From a virus (Duplodnaviria > Heunggongvirae > Uroviricota > Caudoviricetes), in IMG/VR virus record IMGVR_UViG_3300032007_000057, positions 1 through 64,000 of that record: a stretch of 64,000 nucleotides of DNA, one strand, 5' to 3'. A program made the position numbers and the translations under genes. Below the pieces are notes generated by a model. The model was given only the letters and a program-made list of their open reading frames with translations, had not been told where the DNA came from and did no database searches. Shown piece by piece: positions 37,380-46,054 of the stretch (the stretch's first letter is position 1; the number at the start of each line of letters is the position of its first letter).

Positions 37380-37736
37380 TTAATGCGCAACTAATAACCC
37401 AGATTTGGTAGCTGCGGAGGATGTAGCTACTGTTAAACCTGTGGTAGCTTGGATATACTCATTTAAGATACCCTGATCAATATCTTTTTCATCTATAGAC
37501 CAGCCAATTTGATTTTTATAAATTTTAACTGGTGCATCTGTACTACTCAATGCGCTGCTTAACATAAACGGGACAATTGCAGCTGCTAACCCTTGAGGTG
37601 TAGGCTGTTTCATAAATGTCTTCAGCTTTTTCATAATATAAAATTCTGAAGTTTCATCTATGACCGTGCCTAAATGCTCATCTGTCCCTTGGGCATAACC
37701 GAATAAAAGCTTGTATTCTTGCATGTGTAAATACAC
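37380..37736 (-). CDS. Hypothetical protein (118 aa), first gene of the leftward transcription unit
   Basis: ORF. A promoter lies just upstream. Confidence 0.45.
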   Translation of the reverse strand: MYLHMQEYKLLFGYAQGTDEHLGTVIDETSEFYIMKKLKTFMKQPTPQGLAAAIVPFMLSSALSSTDAPVKIYKNQIGWSIDEKDIDQGILNEYIQATTGLTVATSSAATKSGLLVAH

Positions 37737-37770
37737 ACTCCTTATTTTTAAAATCTTAGTTTCTGGTTAT

Positions 37771-37799
37771 ATTAAAGCATAACTAAAATATTTTGTCAA
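37771..37799 (-). promoter_or_regulatory. Sigma70-like promoter (TTGACA-17-TTTAAT), leftward
   Basis: Minus-strand TTGACAaaatattttagttatgcTTTAAT. A second TTGACA lies at about 38022 on the minus strand. Confidence 0.5.
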
Positions 37800-38107
37800 G
37801 TATAAAATTAATTTTTCGAAGAAAATTATAAGAATTAAATTTTTTCAGCTGGGTCAATTCAGTGGGTTTACCCCCAAATCAGATTTTTGACCTTTTGAAT
37901 AAAATTTTATATTTGATTTTAAAAGTCTTTGCTGAAGCTTGTTCTTTTATCAGAATTTAATTTTGTTTTGCTTAATAAAAATTTAGCTTTCAGTAATCAT
38001 TTTACATAACTCTTTCATTTTGTCAAGAGGGTAAAATTTAAGTCCTTGGTAATTATTTATTAGGTTTTAACTTGAAAAAAAAAAAATAATAGTTTAACTT
38101 TCAGTAA

Positions 38108-38151
38108 GAGAGTAAGGAGTCGTCGTCTTGAAAAGACGACTCCTTACTCTC
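38108..38151. other. Long near-perfect hairpin (about 18-20 bp stem, GAAA loop) followed by an A/T tract
   Basis: gagagtaaggagtcgtcgtcttGAAAagacgactccttactctc, then tattattatatattttttta. Confidence 0.6.
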
Positions 38152-38194
38152 TATTATTATATATTTTTTTATAGTAGTAGGGAAATGGTAAAAC

Positions 38195-38585
38195 GGTGGA
38201 TAACTCTCTTTTGAAAGTTATGTGCTACGATGGTTGCGTTTTTGTTACTAAACATAAACGGTGGATAACTCTGTGGATAACTCTGTGGATAACCTATTTT
38301 TAGGTTGCATGGGTCATAAAATATAATATTTTATATCATATACTATAAAACATGGCTTAAGCCATTGAGAATACTGAGGTAGCGTAATATTGCCTGAATA
38401 TTCTGTGAATGCAGCGTTATAGTTTACATTGTGGATAACTTTTGACTGAATTGTATGCATCTGTAATTTTTAGATTAAAACTAGTTTAAAGATATTAGTA
38501 TACATTAAATAAGTTTAAATTATAGATAGTTAAATATAAAAACTGTTTGAGGCGGTTGTGGATATGTGGATAAGTATGTGGATAA
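38195..38585. promoter_or_regulatory. Cluster of about 8 DnaA boxes (TGTGGATAA = TTATCCACA), an origin-like region at the strand switch
   Basis: ggtggataa at 38196 and 38260. tgtggataa at 38273, 38285, 38430 and 38577. gtggatatgtggataag at 38557-38573. All in the same orientation within an ORF-free AT-rich region. Confidence 0.6.
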
Positions 38586-38713
38586 CTTGAGATGAAATTT
38601 GCATATATATTATATAAGAGTCCTTTGTCTTTTATTAAAGACAGGGTTATTAAAATAACCTACTATTGTAGGATGATTTTATAAATATTCTTTCATACAA
38701 GGGAGTAGATATA

Positions 38714-39061
38714 ATGGATATGACAAAACTTAAAAAATTTTTGAAAAAAATGTTCCTTGCTTCCGATAGCATTATTCTTGACGGTGAAGAGTTCAAGGGT
38801 CATGAGCTGCTTCAGATGATGCAGCAGTTGTTTAAAATCGAAGGGTACTACGAGTTTCAGAATGGTAATTTGGGCCTCGTTGTGCTTAACGATTTTGACC
38901 GGGGGCATGGCATGCCTGTTCGAGCTATGCTTCAGTGGGCGGAGGGAGGAGTACTTCTTCCTGAGGAGGGGGAAAAGTACCTGAAAGAGTGGGAAGCGGA
39001 GAGGATTCGGAGGGCTTCGGGTGATGAGCCAATCACCTTGAAGGATTTTTTGAATAAGTAG
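38714..39061 (+). CDS. Hypothetical protein (115 aa), GC-rich early gene
   Basis: ORF. GC clearly above the phage average. The minus ORFs 38693..39379 and 38932..39150 are shadows. Confidence 0.5.
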   Translation: MDMTKLKKFLKKMFLASDSIILDGEEFKGHELLQMMQQLFKIEGYYEFQNGNLGLVVLNDFDRGHGMPVRAMLQWAEGGVLLPEEGEKYLKEWEAERIRRASGDEPITLKDFLNK

Positions 39062-39073
39062 GAGGTAATATAC

Positions 39074-39400
39074 ATGATTAAAAGCGTGAAAGTGGTATTT
39101 GCAAATGGTATTCGTCGTTTTGAGAAGGTTCTCTCTTTTGAGGGAACCAACGAAGTGGCGATTGCTGGATTTCGGTTTACAGTTAGTCACAATTTCGAAA
39201 GTGGTAACACCGTTTTGAAGGTGTACAATCCGAATGGGTTGTATAAGGCCTTTCTCATTGAGTTCGATGGAAGGGAAAACACCGAACGTGATTTTTCCCT
39301 GTTGCTTGATGAGCTCAAGCTGAATGGTGTTGAGGTTGCTATCGACACTATTCAGCTTGATAGCGGTAAGCGGTGGCATTGGCTGGATGGCTGGAATTAA
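39074..39400 (+). CDS. Hypothetical protein (108 aa), GC-rich early gene
   Basis: SD GGAGG before the ATG. Confidence 0.5.
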   Translation: MIKSVKVVFANGIRRFEKVLSFEGTNEVAIAGFRFTVSHNFESGNTVLKVYNPNGLYKAFLIEFDGRENTERDFSLLLDELKLNGVEVAIDTIQLDSGKRWHWLDGWN

Positions 39401-39424
39401 ACAGTCCTAAAGGGAGGCATTGGT

Positions 39425-39664
39425 ATGAAGAAAATGGCAGTAGTGTATTACAAGAACGGTGAGCTGCGTCGGTTCACCGTTCTCGCGACTTCACCCCTTG
39501 AGGCTGCTCAGCGAGTTTCCTACCTGATGTTTGTGGGGAATCCGGATTGGGATCGTACTTGTAAAGTGCTTGACGGCTCTCAGGTGAAGATTTTTCAGGT
39601 ATGCGGTCCGTATCCTGAGAATGTGTTTGAGGGGCTCCCGTGGTACGAGCTTGAGGACGAGTAA
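39425..39664 (+). CDS. Hypothetical protein (79 aa), GC-rich early gene
   Basis: SD AGGGAGG before the ATG. Confidence 0.5.
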   Translation: MKKMAVVYYKNGELRRFTVLATSPLEAAQRVSYLMFVGNPDWDRTCKVLDGSQVKIFQVCGPYPENVFEGLPWYELEDE

Positions 39665-39729
39665 AATGTAAGGCTTAAATGCCTATACCTTGTAAATTCA
39701 TCAGGGTGTAGGTTTCTTTTAGTTCAGTC

Positions 39730-39758
39730 TTGACACTTTTCTTTTTGTCTGGTATACT
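39730..39758 (+). promoter_or_regulatory. Sigma70-like promoter (TTGACA-17-TATACT)
   Basis: cTTGACActtttctttttgtctggTATACT, then AAAGGAGG SD and ATG at 39781. Confidence 0.55.
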
Positions 39759-39780
39759 CCCACTTAAAGGAGGGATAAAA

Positions 39781-41703
39781 ATGTTTGAATGGCATGACAT
39801 TGAAGAAGGAAAACTTACATTAAATTTTAGTGGAGTTACATCCAGATTAAACATACAGATAGGAATATATGCTAAGTATAATGATACTACACATTATCTT
39901 GAAGATGTGTATCCTATGGTATCTATTTCAGATAATAAGAATTATTCGATGTCTTTAAATCCCAGTAATGCCCTTATGTTTTCAAGTATAATGTCAGTAT
40001 ACACAGAAGAGGGTACTATTAAGGAGTATTTCAATAAAACTGATATAAGTGATGGCTGGTATGTAACTACAAAGTACGTAGATAAGGTTATTTTTAAAAA
40101 GGTTTTAACTGATAAGATTACATTGAAGATTAAACCAGTTACAGATGAAAGAAGGATACCATTATATCAGTTTAACTTTATTAAGGATAAGAATAGTATT
40201 AGTATTGATTTAACTAAAGCAGAGATTAAGTCATTGATTCTATTTTTTTCTAATTTTGCATCAAATGCCTCAGTATATAGTTTTATGTTTAGGTCTAAGA
40301 ATCAATACAAAGTTATTGAAGACACTATTGATAAGATTAGTAAGAATAATCTGTTACTTGAATCAATTTTAAGATATTTAGAAAAACCGAGTATTAAATC
40401 AGATATAGAGTATCATCCTGATGATACCATGTGTGTAGTTCCAGAGATTGATTTTAGTAATTTAAAGAAAGAAGTAAATAACAACAATATTGTTAAAAAA
40501 GTTAAAAAAGAAATTAAGAAAACAGATGTGGTTGATATTGATAGTATTGAAGTAGATAATACTAGTGAGATTGATGATAAGATTGTAGAAGTAGTTGAAA
40601 GTACTACTGGGGTTAAAGTAGGTAAGAAGGATAGTTTTGATAGCGTAGACATAAAGAAAATTTTAGCAAAGGAGGATATGGAAGTGGTAGAGCCATTGAT
40701 GGAAGTTAGTAAATTTCATAATGCTGTTATAAGAAACTATAAAGAAACGTATATCAATGCAGATACTAAATTTGATCTACTTAATGTATTGGCTAAAACT
40801 GGTAAAGTTGATAGAAGACTTAAAAATAAATCAATAGTGTATAATATTGCTAAGAAGGGAATTCTGGATCCTAAAGCAATTCCTACTCTGTTGGTTAATA
40901 AAGAAGCACTTTGTACACCAGCAACATCTTTGATTTATTCTGCATCTTTGTTTGCATCGGTATATGAGTATAATGAGAATCATCCTAATGAAGATTTTAA
41001 TGATATTATTACTATTGCTTATAAAGCATTACAGTTGAGTTCAGTAGAAGGACAAGATCTATTTGCTAATAATGTTGAACTAAAAGAGTATGGAAATACT
41101 TATATGAATATTCTTACTAATATACTTCTGGGTAATAAGAATAAGCTAGGTATTGGAGGAATTAGGACTATTGATAAGTACCTTACTTTGAATCATACTT
41201 ATGAAAAAGATAATTCAGATGAAGTATATTTTAACTTTGCTTATTTCGATTTTTCAATATTGGATGATTTTGATCAGGATACACTTAATAAGAAAGCATC
41301 TTGCTTAGTTTCAGCACTTACTGATATTTATTTTGTACTGTGGTATGGAGAAAACAAGTATATTAAAGATGTAAAGCTGAGTAATACTACTGGGTATATG
41401 ATGGAAGTTGTTAATAAGCCTATGTATGAACTAGCAAGAGCAATTCTTATTAATCTTGTAAACAGACTTCATCTGAAAGATATTATGCTTAAGGGTATCT
41501 TTGACTTTGATAGCATGGTTAAGTATGCTGGTAGTTGGGATTACGAAACCTATAAAGATGCTCTTGTTGAGCTTATTTCATATAAGAGGGCTTCTTGTGA
41601 TTATTGCCCTTATAATGAAGTACTTCCTTTGGGTTCTGTAGTTAAGAATGATATTAAGGTAGGTATGCCATGCTTCAATTACTCACAAGTTATCTCAGAC
41701 TAA
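39781..41703 (+). CDS. Hypothetical large protein (640 aa)
   Basis: Start reassigned to the ATG at 39781 (MFEWHD), since the promoter and SD lie inside the track ORF 39730..41703. Confidence 0.55.
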   Translation: MFEWHDIEEGKLTLNFSGVTSRLNIQIGIYAKYNDTTHYLEDVYPMVSISDNKNYSMSLNPSNALMFSSIMSVYTEEGTIKEYFNKTDISDGWYVTTKYVDKVIFKKVLTDKITLKIKPVTDERRIPLYQFNFIKDKNSISIDLTKAEIKSLILFFSNFASNASVYSFMFRSKNQYKVIEDTIDKISKNNLLLESILRYLEKPSIKSDIEYHPDDTMCVVPEIDFSNLKKEVNNNNIVKKVKKEIKKTDVVDIDSIEVDNTSEIDDKIVEVVESTTGVKVGKKDSFDSVDIKKILAKEDMEVVEPLMEVSKFHNAVIRNYKETYINADTKFDLLNVLAKTGKVDRRLKNKSIVYNIAKKGILDPKAIPTLLVNKEALCTPATSLIYSASLFASVYEYNENHPNEDFNDIITIAYKALQLSSVEGQDLFANNVELKEYGNTYMNILTNILLGNKNKLGIGGIRTIDKYLTLNHTYEKDNSDEVYFNFAYFDFSILDDFDQDTLNKKASCLVSALTDIYFVLWYGENKYIKDVKLSNTTGYMMEVVNKPMYELARAILINLVNRLHLKDIMLKGIFDFDSMVKYAGSWDYETYKDALVELISYKRASCDYCPYNEVLPLGSVVKNDIKVGMPCFNYSQVISD

Positions 41704-42533
41704 ATACTTTTAATGATGAGTTTACTCCAGATAGCTTAATTAAGTTCTTTGATACTGAGTTGGTGGATATGATTAAGTACCTTTATTCAGATCATAGGCT
41801 TAATTATGATAGACTATATAAGCAAGAACAGATAAATAACATTTATAAAGTAAAGCAGGATAAAAAAGAAAACTATGAACAGCATATAATTAGCTATTGT
41901 AAAAAGAATTTTAATTTGAGTCATACACTGGTTACTTTAATTAGTAATAATGGAGATGCCTATGGTTATGGAGATATAGTTAGATACTCAAATTACATAG
42001 AGGAACATCTGAAAATTTGGAACAAATTATGGGATGAAAATATCTCTTTAGAGAATTTGAAAGAAGTATCTGAACTAAATCTGATTGTAGATAGTGTAAA
42101 GAATTACTACTATGGAAGTATCTATGATTTGCTTTATGATCCTATATGGTCAATGATTAATTACTTTAGCGAAGAGTACTATTTGCATGAAGATGATATT
42201 AACAAAGCATTTCAGTTTAAGTATGATTCTATTTATAACATTACTAAATTGACTAAAGTATTTAAACTAGTTATGATGGATGTCTTAAAATGCATTTATC
42301 AGTATAGTAATAGTAGTACCTTAAGTCCAAAGATTGAGAAGATACTTAGAAAGAGTCTTAATAGTGAAGAAGAAGTATCTAAATGGATGTTTATAGTCTA
42401 CGATATTATGATTAATGGTAGATTAAAGGGAATACTGAAGAATACTGATAAAGAGATTAAAGTATTGGATACCTATTATAAACTCTATAGAGATAATGGA
42501 GTTAGGTTTATATATGAGATTGGCGGTGTTTAA
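41670..42533 (+). CDS. Hypothetical protein (287 aa)
   Basis: ORF. Confidence 0.5.
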   Translation: MLQLLTSYLRLNTFNDEFTPDSLIKFFDTELVDMIKYLYSDHRLNYDRLYKQEQINNIYKVKQDKKENYEQHIISYCKKNFNLSHTLVTLISNNGDAYGYGDIVRYSNYIEEHLKIWNKLWDENISLENLKEVSELNLIVDSVKNYYYGSIYDLLYDPIWSMINYFSEEYYLHEDDINKAFQFKYDSIYNITKLTKVFKLVMMDVLKCIYQYSNSSTLSPKIEKILRKSLNSEEEVSKWMFIVYDIMINGRLKGILKNTDKEIKVLDTYYKLYRDNGVRFIYEIGGV

Positions 42534-42539
42534 TATAAG

Positions 42540-43295
42540 ATGTATTTGGAAAAAGCATTTTGTGAATTTGTAAAACCAAAACAGGTAAATTATGTATTGG
42601 ATGAAGTTTCTGATAAGAAAACCCTATTTGAAGCAGATGAAATAACAAAACGACTTCATAATAGTTATTTGAGATCTGAAATAGATAAAAGTACTTGGAC
42701 TAAAAAGAGTATAAGTGCTTATGACCTTACTGGTTGTATAAAGAAGCTATATTTTAGGTTAAGGGGTATTAGTCCATCTGATACTCCTAATTATCCATAT
42801 TCAAATATAATTTTTGGTATAGGCAATTCAGTACATCAAGCATTAGTGGATGCTATACAACCAGAAGAAGTTGAAGTTTCATTTAAGTCATATATTATTG
42901 GTTTTGAATTGAATATGAGATGTGATGCTATTTGCTATGGTAAGATATTGCATGAGTATAAAACTGTGGAAAAGATAGATGATGACACTGAATTAAAACC
43001 AGAGCATTTACAACAAGCAGTTATTTATGCATACTTATTGAATAAAATACATCATAGAAATATACAGTATATTCAGATTATATATGTTTCTAGAGGTAAA
43101 GTTAGCGTTAAAGTATTTAATGTTGAAGTTAATGAAGATATAATGAATAAGGTTGGTAATAGATTGAACAAGCAATTGAGAGAACTTAAAGATTGCTTAG
43201 ATCAATATAGAGTACCTTCTTTTGATAGTGAGTATTGTTCAAAAGATTGTAAGTTTTGTGAGTATGCAACTTTTTGTAGATGTTTAAGTAGTTAA
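42540..43295 (+). CDS. PD-(D/E)xK nuclease, RecB/Cas4-like, with C-terminal four-Cys cluster
   Basis: N-terminal Cys (LTGCIKK). D...EYK nuclease core (CDAICYGKILHEYK). QQAVIYAYLL (QxxxY). C-terminal C-x4-C-x2-C-x5-C (CSKDCKFCEYATFC). Confidence 0.5.
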   Translation: MYLEKAFCEFVKPKQVNYVLDEVSDKKTLFEADEITKRLHNSYLRSEIDKSTWTKKSISAYDLTGCIKKLYFRLRGISPSDTPNYPYSNIIFGIGNSVHQALVDAIQPEEVEVSFKSYIIGFELNMRCDAICYGKILHEYKTVEKIDDDTELKPEHLQQAVIYAYLLNKIHHRNIQYIQIIYVSRGKVSVKVFNVEVNEDIMNKVGNRLNKQLRELKDCLDQYRVPSFDSEYCSKDCKFCEYATFCRCLSS

Positions 43296-43321
43296 TATAA
43301 TAAGAAGAAAGGGGTTAGTCT

Positions 43322-43939
43322 ATGTTTGGATTAACTTTTAAAGATTTAAGTAAATATTTTACAGTGTTAGATCCAGTTCAATTAGAAGATTTATATCCAA
43401 TTAGAACTGAAAATGATATGACTGCTTGGAAGTTTTCATTTGATGATAATGTGATATGGCTTCCAGTTAGTAATATGCTGGATGTAACTGATTACGCAGC
43501 AGCTTTTAAACTATTACTGAATGGTGGTCTTTATAATGTTTATAATGATTATGAAGTATACGGTGATGAGGTAGGATTAGTTAATAAGGCATTAGGTATT
43601 ACAGACAGAAGTATTGTTAAAAGTGAGTATGATGAAAAGAATACTTGTATGAATTATAATTTATCTACAGTTAAATATAAGCATATAGATGATGCTGTTA
43701 TTGAAAAGAAGAATCATGTTGGTATTTTCTTTAAAGATATCTTTGAAGCATTAAGAGAAGATAATCAGTATAATGAAATTGTAGTTATAGTTAAAGGTGA
43801 GATTACAGAAATCGCGGCATATTTGTTTAGAGTTCAAATAGAACTTACTAATAAAGATAAGCAGATTTTGTGTAATCAGGTAATCCAATGTAATGATTTT
43901 GCATTACTTAAATTTAAAATTGTCCGAAAGGAGGAATAA
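43322..43939 (+). CDS. Hypothetical protein (205 aa)
   Basis: ORF. Confidence 0.5.
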   Translation: MFGLTFKDLSKYFTVLDPVQLEDLYPIRTENDMTAWKFSFDDNVIWLPVSNMLDVTDYAAAFKLLLNGGLYNVYNDYEVYGDEVGLVNKALGITDRSIVKSEYDEKNTCMNYNLSTVKYKHIDDAVIEKKNHVGIFFKDIFEALREDNQYNEIVVIVKGEITEIAAYLFRVQIELTNKDKQILCNQVIQCNDFALLKFKIVRKEE

Positions 43940-43940
43940 T

Positions 43941-44504
43941 ATGTTAAAATTAGATTTAGATATGAAAGATTATAGTGATGTTGAGTTAGAAGTTTTCTTA
44001 GTTGAGCTTACTAAAGCCTATGACCATATGATGTGTTTATCGGAGCCAACTGAAGAGTATTCTATGTTTGAACTTGATGTTACTAAGAATGCTATTTATA
44101 ATGGCTATGTTGAGTCAACTAGAAAGTCTATTGAAAGACTTATGGAGACTATTAAAACTGAACAGACCTTAAGAGCTACACTTAAGGAAGAGATGATGAA
44201 GAAGTTAGATAGTTATACTATTGCTGAACTTACCGATCTTCACTTTAATGTTCAGAATGAAATTGCACATCAGAGAGATATTCTTGAAAAGATTTCTGAT
44301 TCTGATGGTACTAATATTAAAAGAGATATTAAAGACTTTATTGAGAAACAGGAGAACTACCTTACTCTTCTTACTGATACAATCAAGAAGAGAGCTTCTG
44401 AAAGTAGCAGCCCTACTGAACCAACTACTGATGAAGGTGAAACTACAGACCCTGAACAAGGTGTGACTCCTTTAGGAATGACACTTGGTAGTTCGAGAGG
44501 TTAA
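43941..44504 (+). CDS. Hypothetical protein, acidic C-terminus (187 aa)
   Basis: Start moved to the ATG at 43941, preceded by SD AAAGGAGG. Confidence 0.5.
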   Translation: MLKLDLDMKDYSDVELEVFLVELTKAYDHMMCLSEPTEEYSMFELDVTKNAIYNGYVESTRKSIERLMETIKTEQTLRATLKEEMMKKLDSYTIAELTDLHFNVQNEIAHQRDILEKISDSDGTNIKRDIKDFIEKQENYLTLLTDTIKKRASESSSPTEPTTDEGETTDPEQGVTPLGMTLGSSRG

Positions 44505-44578
44505 TAATTGTTTAATTAGAGGTAAAGGTATTATATCCTTTGCCTCTTTTATTTTACCTGAAAGGAGTTCTATATATA

Positions 44579-45229
44579 ATGCCTTTTGCAGGTATTGAGG
44601 ATAGATTAGTATCATTAGAGAGTGCTAATTATGGTAAAGAATATTTCTGTTTTGTAGATCAAGATATCTTTGAAGATGATGAGAAAGCTAAAACTAAGTT
44701 TATAAGAAATGTTGAAAAGACTGTAAGATCTTCTGCAGAATATAAGAAATGGCTAAATTTCTTGAAGAGCACTTTATCTATAGATTTACAATGTTATCAT
44801 ACTGGGAATCTTCCTGGGATGTGTTCTTTAGAAATACATCATCACCCGTATACCTTATTTCAATTGGTTGATATAAGTATGTATAATATGCAGGATCAAT
44901 TGTATACTATATTTGATTTAGCAAAAAATGTGATGAAGTTACATTTTATGAATCTAGTAGGTTTTGTACCATTATGCATATCTTCACATGAAAATTATCA
45001 TAACCAGATATTGGATATCCCAATAGAAGTATGCGAGGGAAATTGGAAAGATTTGGAGTCAGTATTAAATATACCAGAATATATTGAATCAGATGTAAAA
45101 AGAAAAAGTGCTATTACCTTTGAGAATGCCAGAAGTAAAGATGAGTGGAAAGTACATGGTGGATTGTATAGGTTAGATAAAACGGTTGAACCAGAAATTA
45201 AACGTGTAGACACTTCAGAATGGGAGTGA
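44579..45229 (+). CDS. Hypothetical protein (216 aa) with Cys/His-rich segment (CYHTGN...MCSLEIHHHP)
   Basis: Start moved to the ATG at 44579 after SD GAAAGGAG. Confidence 0.5.
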   Translation: MPFAGIEDRLVSLESANYGKEYFCFVDQDIFEDDEKAKTKFIRNVEKTVRSSAEYKKWLNFLKSTLSIDLQCYHTGNLPGMCSLEIHHHPYTLFQLVDISMYNMQDQLYTIFDLAKNVMKLHFMNLVGFVPLCISSHENYHNQILDIPIEVCEGNWKDLESVLNIPEYIESDVKRKSAITFENARSKDEWKVHGGLYRLDKTVEPEIKRVDTSEWE

Positions 45230-45237
45230 GATAAAGA

Positions 45238-45648
45238 ATGTCTATTATTAACAAAGAAGAGCTTAAGGAAAAAGCTAAAGAAGTTGCTATTAATATTGGT
45301 AATGATTTAAAAGAAGCTAATTCTACTAGTAAGACTCTTATTATAGTTTTACTTATTTTATTTATTCTTTCATTTAGTACAGCATATAGGTTATATAGAA
45401 CTGATGCTGAAATTAAGACATTGAAAACTGAGAATCTTATGATTAAAAATAGAATGAAGGATTTAGATAGAGAAGTTAAACAGAATAAAATGGAGTTTTT
45501 AGAAATAGCTAATAGAGTTGATAAGATTAATACTAATTTAGAAACTAAACTTAAGGAAGCAAAGGAGGTAGTAATTGATGAAGTTAAGACATCTAGTGAC
45601 ATCATTAGTGTGCTTGATGGTTTGTCTGACCTCACCACAGGCAAGTAA
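45238..45648 (+). CDS. Membrane-anchored coiled-coil protein (136 aa)
   Basis: One TM helix (LIIVLLILFILSF), then a coiled coil. Confidence 0.45.
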   Translation: MSIINKEELKEKAKEVAINIGNDLKEANSTSKTLIIVLLILFILSFSTAYRLYRTDAEIKTLKTENLMIKNRMKDLDREVKQNKMEFLEIANRVDKINTNLETKLKEAKEVVIDEVKTSSDIISVLDGLSDLTTGK

Positions 45649-46054
45649 TGCAGGTATTGAAGTATTACAAGTAACCAGTGCTAAAGTTATAGCAGCTAAT
45701 AAGTCTTATGATTTTGATTCAGGGTGGTATGTAACTGATAAGAAGATGACTGCTATAGCTAATGGTGCTAAGAAATTACAGGCGCAGGTTAAGTCATTAA
45801 CTATTGAAAGAGATGCTTATAAAGAAGCTTATGAAAAGTTAAGTACTGAACACGATAATCTTAAGATTACGTATAATAGACTTTATGAGACTCATGAACA
45901 GTATAAATTGGAAACTACTGCTTTAATTAAGAATTATGAAGATCAAATTAATTTTTATCAGAAGGAGAACTATAAACTCAAGAGAAATGCTACCACTTAT
46001 AAATGGCTTTCAGGAGCTTTAGCAGTAGGTGGGATTATAGCATTATGCAAGTAA
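45575..46054 (+). CDS. Secreted or membrane coiled-coil protein (159 aa) with N-terminal signal-like and C-terminal hydrophobic segments
   Basis: MMKLRHLVTSLVCLMVCLTSPQASNA N-terminus. Overlaps the upstream gene out of frame. Confidence 0.4.
   Translation: MMKLRHLVTSLVCLMVCLTSPQASNAGIEVLQVTSAKVIAANKSYDFDSGWYVTDKKMTAIANGAKKLQAQVKSLTIERDAYKEAYEKLSTEHDNLKITYNRLYETHEQYKLETTALIKNYEDQINFYQKENYKLKRNATTYKWLSGALAVGGIIALCK

Noticed and set aside
38108-38170. Hairpin plus T-tract as a conventional transcription terminator
   Set aside because: It lies in the divergent upstream region of both transcription units, where no terminator is needed. It fits better as an origin-associated structure or a small-RNA terminator, so it is reported as 'other'.
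45238-46054. Overlapping membrane/coiled-coil ORFs as a spanin (Rz/Rz1-like) pair
   Set aside because: They are not adjacent to the endolysin (60257). There is no clear lipobox, and the overlap is tail-to-head rather than embedded. Evidence is insufficient.
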